Positions 15,948-27,544 of a stretch of 64,000 bases of DNA are shown one piece after another. A program made the position numbers and the translations under genes. A model generated the notes under the pieces. It had not been told where the DNA came from. It saw only the letters and a program-made list of their open reading frames with translations, and did no database searches. Origin of the DNA: Eledone cirrhosa. Its lineage: Eukaryota. The stretch spans positions 373,674,001 to 373,738,000 of the forward strand of contig OZ024742.1 in assembly GCA_964016885.1 (NCBI GenBank), given 5' to 3'. Every line of letters starts with the position of its first letter. Position 1 is the first letter of the stretch.

Positions 15948-18900
15948 TATATTATATAGAAGTATTATACAACATTGTATATATAGTAGTATATTATACA
16001 ACATTGTATATATAGAAGTATTATACAACATTGTATATATAGAAGTATTATACAACATTGTATATATAGAAGTATTATACAACATTGTATATATAGAAGT
16101 ATATTATACAACATTGTGTATATAGTAGTATATTATACAACATTGTATATATAGAAGTATATTATACAACATTGTGTATATAGAAGTATATTATACAACA
16201 TTGTATATATAGTAGTATATTATACAACATTGTGTATATAGAAGTATATTATACAACATTGTGTATATAGTAGTATATTATACAACATTGTATATATAGT
16301 AGTATATTATACAACATTGTATATATAGAAGTATATTATACAACATTGTATATATAGTAGTATATTATACAACATTGTATATATAGAAGTATATTATACA
16401 ACATTGTGTATATAGTAGTATATTATACAACATTGTGTATATAGTAGTATATTATACAACATTGTATATATAGTAGTATATTATACAACATTGTATATAT
16501 AGAAGTATATTATACAACATTGCATATATAGAAGTATTATACAACATTGTATATATAGTAGTATATTATACAACATTGTATATATAGTAGTATATTATAC
16601 AACATTGTATATATAGTAGTATATTATACAACATTGTATATATAGAAGTATATTATACAACATTGTATATATAGAAGTATTATACAACATTGTATATATA
16701 GTAGTATATTATACAACATTGTATATATAGAAGTATATTATACAACATTGTATATATAGAAGTATTATACAACATTGTGTATATAGTAGTATATTATACA
16801 ACATTGTATATATAGAAGTATATTATACAACATTGCATATATAGAAGTATTATACAACATTGTATATATAGTAGTATATTATACAACATTGTATATATAG
16901 TAGTATATTATACAACATTGTATATATAGTAGTATATTATACAACATTGTATATATAGAAGTATATTATACAACATTGTATATATAGAAGTATATTATAC
17001 AACATTGTATACATAGAAGTATATTATACAACATTGTATATATAGAAGTATTATACAACATTGTATATATAGTAGTATATTATACAACATTGTATATATA
17101 GTAGTATATTATACAACATTGTATATATAGAAGTATATTATACAACATTGTATATATAGAAGTATATTATACAACATTGTATATATAGAAGTATATTATA
17201 CAACATTGTATATATAGAAGTATTATACAACATTGTATATATAGTAGTATATTATACAACATTGTATATGTAGAAGTATATTATACAACATTCTATATAT
17301 AGAAGTATTATACAACATTGTATATATAGTAGTATATTATACAACATTGTATATATAGAAGTATTATACAACATTGTATATATAGTAGTATATTATACAA
17401 CATTGTATATATAGTAGTATATTATACAACATTGTGTATATAGTAGTATATTATACAACATTGTATATATAGTAGTATATTATACAACATTGTATATATA
17501 GTAGTATATTATACAACATTGTGTATATAGTAGTATATTATACAACATTGTATATATAGTAGTATATTATACAACATTGTGTATATAGTAGTATATTATA
17601 CAACATTGTGTATATAGAAGTATATTATACAACATTGTGTATATAGTAGTATATTATACAACATTGTATATATAGTAGTATATTATACAACACTGTATAT
17701 ATAGAAGTATTATACAACATTGTATATATAGTAGTATATTATACAACATTGTGTATATAGAAGTATATTATACAACATTGTATATATAGTAGTATATTAT
17801 ACAACATTGTATATATAGAAGTATTATACAACATTGTATATATAGTAGTATATTATACAACATTGTATATATAGAAGTATATTATACAACATTGTATATA
17901 TACAAGTATATTATACAACATTGTATATATAGTAGTATATTATACAACATTGTATATATAGTAGCATATTATACAACATTGTATATATAGTAGTATATTA
18001 TACAACATTGTGTATATAGTAGTATATTATACAACATTGTATATATAGTAGTATATTATACAACATTGTATATATAGAAGTATTATACAACATTGTGTAT
18101 ATAGAAGTATATTATACAACATTGTATATATAGTAGTATTATACAACATTGTATATATAGTAGTATATTATACAACATTGTATATATAGTAGTATATTAT
18201 ACAACATTGTATATATAGAAGTATATTATATAGTATATTATACAACATTGTATATATAGTAGTATATTATACAACATTGTATATAAAGAAGTATTATACA
18301 ACATTGTGTATATAGAAGTATATTATACAACATTGTATATATAGTAGTATTATACAACATTGTATATATAGTAGTATATTATACAACATTGTATATATAG
18401 TAGTATATTATACAACATTGTATATATAGAAGTATATTATATAGTATATTATACAACATTGTATATATAGAAGTATTATACAACATTGTATATATAGTAG
18501 TATATTATACAACATTGTATATATAGTAGTATATTATACAACATTGTATATATAGTAGTATATTATACAACATTGTATATATAGTAGTATATTATACAAC
18601 ATTGTATATATAGTAGTATATTATACAACATTGTGTATATAGTAGTATATTATACAACATTGTATATATAGTAGTATATTATACAACATTGTATATATAG
18701 AAGTATTATACAACATTGTATATATAGAAGTATTATACAACATTGTGTATATAGAAGTATATTATACAACATTGTATATATAGAAGTATATTATACAACA
18801 TTGTGTATATAGTAGTATATTATACAACATTGTATATATAGTAGCATATTATACAACATCGTATATATAGTAGTATATTATACAACATTGTATATATAGT

Positions 18901-19670
18901 AGTATATTATACAACATTGTATATATAGTAGTATATTATACAACATTGTATATATAGAAGTATATTATACAACATTGTGTATATAGTAGTATATTATACA
19001 ACATTGTATATATAGTAGTATATTATACAACATTGTATATATAGTAGTATATTATACAACATTGTAAATATAGAAGTATATTATACAACATTGTGTATAT
19101 AGAAGTATATTATACAACATTGTATATATAGAAGTATATTATACAACATTGTGTATATAGTAGTATATTATACAACATTGTATATATAGTAGTATATTAT
19201 ACAACATTGTATATATAGTAGTATATTATACAACATTGTATATATAGAAGTATATTATACAACATTGTGTATATAGAAGTATATTATACAACATTGTATA
19301 TATAGAAGTATATTATACAACATTGTGTATATAGTAGTATATTATACAACATTGTATATATAGTAGTATATTATACAACATTGTATATATAGAAGTATAT
19401 TATACAACATTGTGTATATAGTAGTATATTATACAACATTGTATATATAGTAGTATATTATACAACATTGTATATATAGTAGTATATTATACAACATGGT
19501 ATATATAGTAGTATATTATACAACATTGTATATATAGAAGTATATTATACAACATTGTGTATATAGTAGTATATTATACAACATTGTATATATAGTAGTA
19601 TATTATACAACATTGTATATATAGAAGTATATTATACAACACTGTATATATAGAAGTATATTATACAACA
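15948..19670. repeat. 29-bp (27-bp variant) satellite, about 130 monomers
   Basis: GTATATTATACAACATTGTATATATAG(T/A)A tandem; internal palindrome TATACAA-CA-TTGTATA. Confidence 0.97.
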
Positions 19671-20140
19671 CTATTATATATAGAAGTTAACTACAACACT
19701 ATTATATATAGAAGTTAACTACAACACTATTATATATAGAAGTTAACTACAACACTATTATATATAGAAGTTAACTACAACACTATTATATATAGAAGTT
19801 AACTACAACACTATTATATATAGAAGCTAACTACAACACTATTATATATAGAAGTTAACTACAACACTATTATATATAGAAGTTAACTACAACACTATTA
19901 TATATAGAAGTTAACTACAACACTATTATATATAGAAGTTAACTACAACACTATTATATATAGAAGTTAACTACAACACTATTATATATAGAAGCTAACT
20001 ACAACACTATTATATATAGAAGCTAACTACAACACTATTATATATAGAAGCTAACTACAACACTATTATATATAGAAGCTAACTACAACACTATTATATA
20101 TAGAAGCTAACTACAACACTATTATAAGCTAACTACAACA
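19671..20140. repeat. 28-bp satellite, left block
   Basis: CTATTATATATAGAAG(T/C)TAACTACAACA tandem, about 17 copies. Confidence 0.96.
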
Positions 20141-22082
20141 CAAGCCAGATCACTGACGATCCCAAGGAATGCGCAGAACTCATTGCTGAGTGCTATGCAA
20201 GTATTTTTACTGTTGAAAACCAGAATGTACCATCTCCACCATCTCTAACATCAAATTCCATAACAACTATGGAATTTACACCTGCAATGTTGCGACGTCA
20301 CCTTAAGAATAAGCACAACTATGCCTCCCCTGTTCTTGATGGTGTGACATACCTGCTTCTCAAACGTGGCGGGTATTTCCTTTTGCGCCAGCTTTCTTTC
20401 TTCTTTCAATACTGTCTCAACAATGGTGCTACTCCGGAGCAGTGGAAAACTGCCAGTGTCATTCCCCTGTTCAAAAAGGGCAACCGCATGTCACCTGTCA
20501 ACTGTCGTCCAGTCAGTCTTACTAGCTGTATGGCCAAACTGATGGAATCCTGTGTCAGAGAAACACTTTGGAACTTCTGGAGCTCTCACAGCCTCATCCG
20601 GCCCTCACAGTTTGGATTTATCCCTAACTCCAGCTGCTGTGATCAGCTTATCGAGTTCCTTGAGGACATCACCCGGATCACTGACAGCGGCTCATGGGTG
20701 GATGTTGTTTACCTTGACTTTGCTAAGGCTTTTAATTCTGTGCCACACAAAAGACTTATGGCAAAACTCTCTGCAATGGGTGTGAGGGATGATCTTTTCG
20801 ACTGGTTGAAATCCTTCATTCTCAGCCGAAAAGAAGTAGTCACTGTTCTGGGACAGCATTCTTCACCATATGAGATGTCATCTGGTGTACCACAGGGATC
20901 TGTTCTTGGTCCTCTTTTGTTTGTGGCATATATTAATGACATAGATGCCAACTTACAGAATGCCACGGTACTGAAATATGCAGATGACATCAAGCTGTAC
21001 CTTGAAATCAAAAGGACTGATCCTGAAATTTACAACTCTTTCCTACAATCAGACCTGGACACAATGCAGCAATGGATCACAGACTGGCAACTGAAGCTGG
21101 CTGTGGACAAGTGTACCACCATGCATTTTGGAAGGAAAAATCCAGCGTCCACATACTCCCTCCACAACACTGATATCAAAAAGTCCTCTTGTGAACGTGA
21201 CCTGGGCATTACTGTCAGCAGCGATTTGCGTTGGACAAAGTATGTCTCTAAGATTGTCAAGAAGGCCGAGGGTGTCTTGGCATCACTCAGCAAGACCTTT
21301 GTTAGCCGCTCTCCAGCCATCTATTTAAAACTGTATACAGCTATGGTACGACCACACTTGGAATTCGCATCATCAGTCTGGAACCCCTATCTTGCTCAGA
21401 ACATTGACCTCCTGGAAACTGTTCAGAGACGTGCAACCAAGCGCATACCCTCCATCAGACACCTACCATACTCTGAACGCCTTGCTTCACTGGGCATGGA
21501 TTAATTGAAGCTCCGACGTCTGGCAATGGACTTGGTGAATACCCACAAAGTTTTTAACCATCTCGCCAATTGCAACCCTGAGCGCCTCTTTGATCTCCAT
21601 GTGTCTAACACACGTGGACATGCCTACAAGATCAGAAAACAGCACAGCTCCCATGACTTTCCTAGACATTTTTTCACGCTCAGAGTTGCTGAAGCATGGA
21701 ACAAACTGCCTGCGTCAGTTGTTAGCTGCCAAGACACTGCATCCTTTAAGACACTCATGCTTCCCGAAATATGCCAAACCTACACCTGATGTACCCCTTC
21801 CATACACATGCACACGTGTGTATCATGACCCGTGCACTGTTCATTTTACTGATGTTTGTGCATTGCCCTATGTACTGTACATGCACTTTTTTGATGAGTT
21901 GTGGTGCACCTGGGCACTGTACACAATATTTCATTATTGTTATTATTATTATATCATGACTCATACACTGTTCATTTTTCTGACATTTGTACATTATTCT
22001 ATGTACTATACATGCACCTTTGATGAGTTGTAGTGCACCTGAGCACTGTACACAATAATTTCATTATTATTATTATTATTAT
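20141..22082 (+). mobile_element. 5'-truncated CR1-like LINE inserted in the 28-bp satellite, with a doubled 3' end
   Basis: RT ORF, 3' UTR and (ATT)n tail; second copy of the last ~130 bp at 21952-22082; the same satellite on both sides. Confidence 0.93.
20143..21789 (+). pseudogene. CR1-type ORF2 reverse transcriptase, 5'-truncated, one in-frame stop at 21502-21504
   Basis: Motifs RPVSLTS, QFGF, YLDFAKAF, GVPQGSVLGPLLF, YADD, RDLG, VRPHLEF, RGH..FF..RV..WN.LP; ORFs 20269-21504 and 21505-21789 are in the same frame and the frame is open back to ~20143. Confidence 0.92.
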
Positions 22083-22722
22083 TATATATAGAAGTTAACT
22101 ACAACACTATTATATATAGAAGTTAACTACAACACTATTATATATAGAAGTTAACTACAACACTATTATATATAGAAGCTACCTACAACACTATTATATA
22201 TAGAAGTTAACTACAACACTATTATATATAGAAGTTAACTACAACACTATTATATATAGAAGCTAACTACCACACTATTATATATAGAAGTTAACTACAA
22301 CACTATTATATATAGAAGCTAACTGCAACACTATTATATATAGAAGTTAACTACAACACTATTATATATAGAAGTTAACTACAACACTATTATATATAGA
22401 AGCTAACTACAACACTATTATATATAGAAGTTAACTTCAACACTATTATATATAGAAGCTAACTACCACACTATTATATATAGAAGTTAACTACAACACT
22501 ATTATATATAGAAGCTAACTACAACACTATTATATATAGAAGTTAACTACAACACTATTATATATAGAAGTTAACTACAACACTATTATATATAGAAGCT
22601 AACTACAACACTATTATATATAGAAGCTAACTCTAACACTATTATATATAGAAGTTAACTACAACACTATTATATATAGAAGTTAACTACAACACTATTA
22701 TATATAGAAGCTAACTACAACA
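22083..22722. repeat. 28-bp satellite, right block
   Basis: Same unit as 19671-20140, about 23 copies. Confidence 0.96.
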
Positions 22723-22934
22723 TTGTACACCATTCTATTATATTTTCTAGATTTTCAACACATTGAGCTGAGGCTGCTTGCTCATCTTTCCCAAGATCCT
22801 TTGCTGCTTGAACTTTTCCAACATGACAACACCCATGATGTATTTATTTCCTTAACATCACTCTGGTTTGTGGACATGTCTTAATATTGCTTAAATTATT
22901 ATTTTTTTTTTATTATATGTACGACCACCTCAAT

Positions 22935-23095
22935 TGTGTTGGTGACAAGATAAAATGCACCCAGTACACTCTGTAAAGTGGTTGGTGGTAGGAAAGGCAT
23001 CCAGCCATAGAAAACTTGCCAAACAAAGAGTGAAGAGGACCCTTTAGTTGTGTCAAAGACATGATGATTTCCTCAGTGCTGGTGCCATGACAAAA
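22935..23095 (+). mobile_element. Degenerate RTE-UTR/SINE body module
   Basis: GCACCCAGTACACTCTGTAAAGTGGTTGGTGGTAGGAAAGGCATCCAGC, the module recurring throughout the window. Confidence 0.6.
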
Positions 23096-23532
23096 TGTTT
23101 CTATTAAATATAACCACCCATTTTTAAGGGTTTCTACCTAATGTGGTGGCAGGGCACCACCTAGTGAGTTCCAGCAGAAGCAAGGGGAACTTATCGACAT
23201 CTATTTCTGGTTTATATGATCACTATCAAGGTAATGAAGCCCTCTACCTTGCTATTATCTGACATACAAACTTTACATACTTATATGTATACAGCCATGT
23301 TGGAGCGAACACCTTCATTATATCTCTTATATTTTATATATTTTATTTCAGATGTTCTAACAATAAATAAAAACTATTTTAACTTTTGGAATTAAATTAA
23401 ATTTTGGAATTAAATACACTAGCAGAAAACCACCCTTGGGGTGGTTTTCTGCTAGCATGTGTAGTGTCTATATTGATATTATACGCATGTATATATGATA
23501 TCATATTGATATTATATGCATGTAGATATATC

Positions 23533-23645
23533 ATTATCATCATCATCATCACCGTTTTACACCCGTTCTTCCACGCTAGCATGGGTTAGACGGGTTGTCC
23601 TGTTGTGGGCAGTGTCCAGTTGGCTGACCTTGTCTTGCTCATATG
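23533..23645 (-). mobile_element. 3' tail fragment of an RTE family B-like element
   Basis: Reverse complement of 24405-24520; (CAT)n tail. Confidence 0.8.
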
Positions 23646-23821
23646 TCAAATAAAATCGTAATTGACAATATCCACAGTAATTGAAGAGAGACTGTGTTAC
23701 ACTGTCTTCTGTAATCAGTCAAGTAATCCATGATACATTTAAAAAAGATGATATTATAATAAACTGCATTAGGAGAAAATTAGTGACGGAAATATATGAA
23801 TGTTTTATAAGTGTTATAATA

Positions 23822-24630
23822 TAACTGTTTCTACTTTAGGCACAAGGCCAGCAATCACCCAGTGCATTACTGGTACACATCCGATGGATGTGTAACAGTA
23901 ATATACGTGAACGACAAAGCATAAATGAATTGAGAAAGAGACTGAGCATAAGAGGAATCAAATGCTGTGTGCAGGAGAGGCGGTTGCGCTGGTATCGACA
24001 TGTGATGCGTATGAAGGATGACAGCTGCATAAAAAGGTGCAGAGCACTAGAAGTTGATGGAAACCTTGGAGTGGGGAGACCCAAGATGACTTGGGATGAG
24101 GTGATAAAAGCCGACCTTACCCAACTACACCTCTCAAAGACAATGACACACGACCGTGACTTCTGGCGTCACGCAGTAATACAGAGTACCCGACCTCCCA
24201 TGGGTACATGCTGAAGCATATAAACAATATGCCCCCCCCCCCCCCCCGCAAGGTGGTCGTGGAGGTGCCACGGCAAAAAAGCACCCAGCCCACACTGTAA
24301 AGTGGACGTGTAGGCGCCACGAAAAAGCACCCAGCACTCACTGTAAATGAGGTTGGTGTTAGGAAGGGCATCCAGCTGTAGAAATCAAGCCAGATCAGTT
24401 CCTGTATGAGCAAGGCATGGTCAGCCGACCAGACACTGCCCACAACAGGACAACCCGTCTAACCCATGCTAGCGTGGAAGAACGGACGTAAAACGGTGAT
24501 GATGATGATGATGATGATGACCCCGTAAGGATGAAAGGCAAAGTCAACCTCGGCGGGATTTGAACTCAGATAATAAAGGGACGTAACTATGCTGGAAAGC
24601 ATGGCGTCCGACCCTCTACCGATACTCCCA
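23822..24630 (-). mobile_element. tRNA-derived SINE family 2, split by an RTE insertion (pieces 23822-23876 and 24521-24630)
   Basis: Both pieces are collinear with the intact minus copy at 32328-32515. Confidence 0.8.
23877..24520 (+). mobile_element. 3' end of an RTE family B-like LINE
   Basis: ORF 23888-24214 (RRLRWYRHVMR, GRPK.TW) similar to the C-terminus of 42695-45088; 3' UTR and (GAT)n tail. Confidence 0.88.
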
Positions 24631-25293
24631 ATGGGCGCTAACCGGAAGTGTTGACATTTGAAAATTTAAAAATAAGTGAATCTTTAAATAAGCAATAAAA
24701 TTATTTATATTTAATCAACAGCCACGAAATTTAGTAGATAAATTATGTAATATTCATTCATTATTTATTCAAAGTAATCCAACTTATTTTACAAACGGGA
24801 TAACAAATTATATTCTGGGGGCAGTCCCACACTCCTTTCTTTATTATAGTTTTGGTATTTAGTTATTCTTATTATTAATACGTAGTTTTCTAGGTTGGTA
24901 GAGTGTCAGACACTATGCTTCGTGGCATAGAGTTATGGCCCATTCTGATTTCAAACCCGCTGAGGTTAGCTTTGCCTTGTGTCCTTCTGTTGGCCTGTAT
25001 CCTCATATTGTTACGTTCCTCACCATCAGCATTCAAATCCTCTTTTGAACCTATGGTGATGATTCCTATATAATGTGTCTAGTAAGATGAACATTCTACT
25101 GATGTCTTTCATCTTGTGGTTCCTTCCATTTCTCTTTCACTCATGAAACAGCTGTATAGAATATTGAAATCTTGGAATTTTACCATATTTAACTAAGTTT
25201 TTTTTACTTGCTATCTGATTTGGAAATAATCAAAATTTTACCATCTATGTAGTGTCTTTGACTTGCTATATGATTTTTCTTTGGCAATGCATC

Positions 25294-25343
<50 letters not shown>

Positions 25344-25346
<3 letters not shown>

Positions 25347-25390
25347 TCATCATCATACGTCCGCTTTTCCCTGCTTGCAAGGGTGGGACA
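25344..25390 (-). mobile_element. Extreme 3' tail of RTE family A or its SINE, inside (TA)n
   Basis: CATCATCATCATACGTCCGCTTTTCCCTGCTTGCAAGGGTGGGAC matches 28830-28880. Confidence 0.8.
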
Positions 25391-25406
25391 AATAAATATA
25401 TATATA

Positions 25407-25610
25407 TAGTTATGTAATAAACAACATAAGACAATTATTTCATTTACCAAAGGTTTCACGAAGACAGACAAGTTTGACACAGAATGATTTCTGACGTCTG
25501 TGTCAAGCTCGTCTGTCTTCGGGAAACCTTTGGTAAATGAAATAATTATCTTATGTTGTTTATTACATAACTAAATAGCTCTGTAGTCTAGATAGAGCAC
25601 TCTCCTTTCC
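25407..25610. mobile_element. Fold-back element (~77-bp arms), probable Penelope-like pLTR remnant
   Basis: Arms 25407-25483 and 25497-25573; GAAACCTTTGGTAA motif and AAATAGCTCTGT..TAGAGCACTCT flank shared with 49890-50136. Confidence 0.55.
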
Positions 25611-25632
25611 TGTACCTTTCCTACGGAAACAC

Positions 25633-25671
<39 letters not shown>

Positions 25672-25977
25672 ATGGTTAGAATTGATCTTTGTCACAACTT
25701 TTCTCTTAGATCTTCTTATGTCATTGTGCCTATATAATCATATAAAGACACATAATGTGGATTCATTTGTCTAAACAATATCTTACCCTTGAATTATTAT
25801 ATATTGATGGGTTTGGCGTGGCCAATGGAACTGTGGTTCTGTTGTGAGAGGGGTTTTCGGTGTAGCCAACGGGCCTGTCCCTCCTTATAACAATGCCACC
25901 TAGTTCCACACTGTAAATATGGTTGGTGTTAGGAAGGGCATCCAGCTGTAAAATCCCTGGCCAAATTAACAGTCCTT

Positions 25978-26023
25978 GTCAGAGGTACATCATGGCCTAT
26001 TCTGGCCATGATGTACCTCTGAC
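25978..26023. repeat. Perfect 20-bp inverted repeat with a 6-nt loop
   Basis: GTCAGAGGTACATCATGGCC-TATTCT-GGCCATGATGTACCTCTGAC. Confidence 0.95.
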
Positions 26024-26200
26024 TCTTGGTTAGTTTCAGAAGATCCCGTTAAGGGTGAAAGCAGCGATTCTTTGCTTAAACTTTAATCTGTTATTTTAAT
26101 AAATATTTACTCTACGGTTCTTATATATTTGATATATATTTATCCTTATCGAGCCCTCTTTGGATTTTAGTCTTCAAATTTATTATTATTACTATATATA

Positions 26201-26316
26201 TTACGGCTATATCACGCTGAAAACACCGGTTCTCGTCTGATCAACGAAGTTAAGCAACGTTGAGCCTAGTTAGTACTTAGATGGGTGACCGCTTGGGAAC
26301 CCTAGGTTCAGTAAGC
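26201..26316 (+). pseudogene. 5S rRNA-derived copy (pseudogene or SINE head)
   Basis: TTACGGCTATATCACGCTGAAAACACCGGTTCTCGTCTGATC..GAAGTTAAGCAACG..GTTAGTACTTAGATGGGTGACCGCTTGGGAA..GTAAGC follows the invertebrate 5S rRNA pattern; first ~2 nt missing, several substitutions, no T4 terminator. Confidence 0.9.
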
Positions 26317-26327
26317 GCTATATTTAT

Positions 26328-26662
26328 GGAGGCACATGGCTTAGTGGTTAGAGCATTGGGCTTGCAATCGAAAGTTTGTGAGTTCAATTCTCAGACCGGG
26401 TGATGTGTTGTTTCCTTGAGCAAGACACTTTATTTCACATTGCTCCAGTTTACTCAGCTGTAGAAATGAGATGATAGGTACTGGGTTCCATATCATTCCA
26501 CTGCAAAGTGGTCGTGGAGGTGTCATGGCAAAAAAGCACCCAGCACTCACAATGAGGTTGGTGTTAGGAAGGGCATCCAGCTGCAGAAATCAAGCCAGAA
26601 TCAGTTCCCATCCCACCCTTGCAAGCAGGGAAAAGTGGACGTAAAATGATGATGATGATGAT
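26328..26662 (+). mobile_element. Full-length tRNA-CORE SINE with RTE-derived body and tail
   Basis: A box TGGCTTAGTGG, B box GAGTTCAATTC, CORE-like CCTTGAGCAAGACACTT..CTCCAGTTTACTCAGCTGTAGAAATG, GGAAGGGCATCC module, RTE family A tail plus (GAT)n. Confidence 0.88.
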
Positions 26663-27054
26663 GGTATATATACACACACACATTTTTCTGCACATCAACC
26701 TCATGATATTGAAGAGCATTAGATAAACTGTTTATAAATCATTAGAATAATATAAAAGGAGATAAGAGTTATTGACTTATTGATTATTTTTTTAATGTTA
26801 TATATTTACATAAAGTTAATTTGGCAGAATCAATAGTGTTGGATATTTGTTCTAGATCTCTGTCTTCTGAGTTCAAGTCCTGTCATGGTTTACCTTATTG
26901 ATTATTGGTTAGCAAATAATAAATATTCGAAAAAATGTCTCAGTTTTTCAGTGGCATTAAAAGGAATCAATGTTTTATGTTAATTAATGGGACATACTCC
27001 TCCTCCTCCACCTCCTTTCTCACTCCTCCTTTCTCACTCCTCCACTCCTCCTCC

Positions 27055-27265
27055 TCTTCTTCTTCGTCTTCTTCTTATTCCTGTTCCTGAGAGGGTCATA
27101 GGCCCGAAGTCCTCAAACACTCTTTCCAGCGGCTCATGCCAGAAGCAACTATCTCCAATCAATCTGGTTGGCTCCACAGGCATGACCCCGCTCAGCTCAT
27201 GGATGTCTTCCAACCATCTTGCTCTGAGAGTCTATGCCTGGGTCTCCTCTTGGTTTATTTCACCT
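27055..27265 (-). mobile_element. 3' fragment of RTE family C
   Basis: Homologous to 15330-15520; the tail merges into a (CCT/CTT)n tract at 26995-27075. Confidence 0.7.
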
Positions 27266-27344
27266 GTAAACATTAGATGTAACCATGTTTCTTGATATCA
27301 AACTGACTGAAGCATGTCCAAATGTCACCATTATTTATCTAAGT

Positions 27345-27540
27345 AGACGGTGGATTGGCAGTATCGGTAGAGTGTCGGATGCCATGCTTTGGCGCATAGA
27401 GTTATGTCCCTTGCCATTCTGAGTTCAAATACCGCCGAGGTTAACTTTGCCTTTCATCCTTACGGGGTCGATAAAATAAAGTACCAGTAATACACTGGGA
27501 TAATTGCTGGCCTTGTGCCAAAAGTAGAAACAATTATTCA
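27345..27540 (+). mobile_element. tRNA-derived SINE family 2
   Basis: A box TGGCAGTATCGG, B box GAGTTCAAATAC, conserved body GCCTTTCATCCTTACGGGGTCGATAAAATAAAGTACCAG; several copies in the window. Confidence 0.85.
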
Positions 27541-27544
27541 TCTA

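Noticed and set aside
26201-26316. Functional 5S rRNA gene
   Set aside because: Single copy, 5' bases missing, substitutions in helices and the C box, no oligo-T terminator
26328-26400. tRNA gene
   Set aside because: A and B boxes are present but it continues into the CORE domain and lacks a proper acceptor stem; it is a SINE head
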